A stretch of 63,117 nt of DNA, the filler included, from Octopus bimaculoides (lineage: Eukaryota), in NCBI RefSeq assembly GCF_001194135.2. It is 9 parts of 7 records of this genome, joined end to end, with 100 filler letters (N's around TTAATTAATTAA, not from the genome) between each part and the next. Parts side by side here need not be neighbours in the genome. Positions count along the whole stretch, not along the records: positions 61,154 to 63,117 come from NC_068984.1; 8 more parts are not named here. The stretch is one strand, 5' to 3'. The translations under genes and the position numbers were made by a program. The notes beneath the pieces were generated by a model that worked only from the letters and a program-made list of their open reading frames with translations, had not been told where the DNA came from and did not search any database. Positions 61,487-63,117 of this stretch are shown piece after piece. Each line of letters begins with the position of its first letter. The first letter of the stretch is position 1.

Positions 61487-63117
61487 TGCACAAAATATAT
61501 TTTTGAATCGAAATATATTTAGAAAAGAAAACAATCTAAATGAATATTTTGTACTAACGACTGTATTTTTGTTTCATATGTAGGAATTACATGAAGCTTT
61601 ATTACGAGAAGTTAGATATAAAAACAGGCAAAAACTATTGCTGTCCGTCTCACTGCCCAGCACAAGAACACAACTGATGACATTTGATTTTAGCATACTT
61701 CGAAAGTAATTGACCTTTTAAAATTATTTTTATGGGTATGGCAATTGTTTTTGTTGGGTTTATCTTCGTTCCTATCAAGGTTGTTTCTAAAAAGGGGTTA
61801 ATGAGGAGTTACATGTTTAATATACATGATGTGAATTACATTATAAATATTATTGACGATATTAAGTAAATAATGTGAATGTTATCAAGTAGATAAAGTA
61901 TTTTTGAGTCAAGTATGTTAAATGTTGTAAATATTGTTAAGTCGCTATGCATATGATTTGATTTACTATTACTCATATTTAAACTTTGATTTTATTTAAA
62001 AAAAATAACCTTGTTTATCCACAGAATCATTGACTTCGCTACAGCTTCAACATATGATTTAAACACAGCTCCTAAGAAAACTTGCTATCACAGTCCCTTA
62101 CATACAGGATCAGGGGATAACAAATTTTTTACTGTGGTAGGTAATATATTATGAACAAATTAAACAACTGCTTAGATTTTTACTGTCGTAAAATGATATC
62201 ATACATTACAGGTAGTAATTAGTATTTTAAAGTACTAACTTGTACTTATGACGTCTGATAACCATGTTACCGATTTCACCACGGATTAATTTGCCTCTCC
62301 CGTCTTAAATTTCACTCTTAAAACAATTTTTGTTATTTTTAATTGTGTTATTTTATCTTTCCTGAGATAACCGATCGGCTATTTAGCGCCATCGGTATAG
62401 GTTGTAGGCTATAACTACAGATGGATACTGATATTTCTACGTTGTTATGAGTTGGAAACCTCTGGGAAGCACTTTGGGCAAATTTTCCAGTCTCGACTCA
62501 ACCAAAGCGTTGTGAGTGCAATTTTATCGACGGAAGTTCAGTTTCTGTTCATAAGTGTTAGGTATAATACATTGCCTGCTTTAATATCATTATGGAATTT
62601 GTTGCCTTAAAAATAGACTCTACTCTCTTCTAAAATGTTTGGGTTATGTGTCTAGTCTGTAGATAACTTCATCCATTTCTCCCAACTGTCAAGAGGATTT
62701 GGAAAATATCATGATAGCTGTTCACTCTCCTCTGATTAAGCTATTATATCCACATGCGTACATATACGCACGCATAAATAGACTCACACATAAATTTATT
62801 ATGATGTGCAACATGGCATCTTCACTTAGATTCGATGTTTGCGACGAGAAAAAATCTCATGGATCAAATTATGAATGAATTAACTGCCATCTAGCAGGAA
62901 TTTTCTTTCAAAGAAACGAAAGACAGACAGTACCCATAAGCAGGCAACTTAGGAGAGTTTTACTTCTCTCATTGGTGAGTAGGTATCCAATGAAATGTGG
63001 CTCTACGGAAGCCGTAATGAAGATTGCAGAAAAGAGAAGAGACTGATGTTGTTGGTAGGTTTAATGGTTAACAGTTGTTTAAGTCAGTTCTGAGGTATTG
63101 GAAGTAAGACAGGGGTC

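Noticed and set aside
61674-61715. CTGATGA...GAAA hammerhead-like spacing
   Set aside because: No helix II or helix III pairing.

Overview
Eukaryotic, AT-rich, microsatellite-dense draft-assembly DNA. The SINE and LINE families look like those of an octopod cephalopod (Octopus); this is an inference from repeat content. About 10% is N gaps. Eight gaps are artificial 100-nt spacers containing TTAATTAATTAA. I recognise no intact protein-coding gene, rRNA, tRNA gene or CRISPR array. The window is mostly decayed and nested mobile DNA: two RTE-clade RT fragments, Penelope-like (PLE) RT/GIY-YIG fragments, restriction-like-endonuclease (RLE) LINE ends, two mariners, two Helitron fragments, a Ty3/gypsy integrase with LTR, a probable solo LTR, hAT MITEs and at least four SINE families. 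The most notable observations are: (1) three minus-strand minimal type I hammerhead-ribozyme motifs, one centred in a 393-bp element with 105-bp inverted arms; (2) a TSD-flanked 2.1-kb ORF1-only (HAL1-like) Tx1/L1-type element inserted in a SINE head, with a possible older relative; (3) a 1.3-kb mariner with ~120-bp TIRs that include the transposase C-terminus; (4) hammerhead core pieces in non-standard order in an RLE-LINE 3' UTR; (5) many long foldback hairpins. All alignments, folds and translations were done by eye, so coordinates of decayed elements are approximate.
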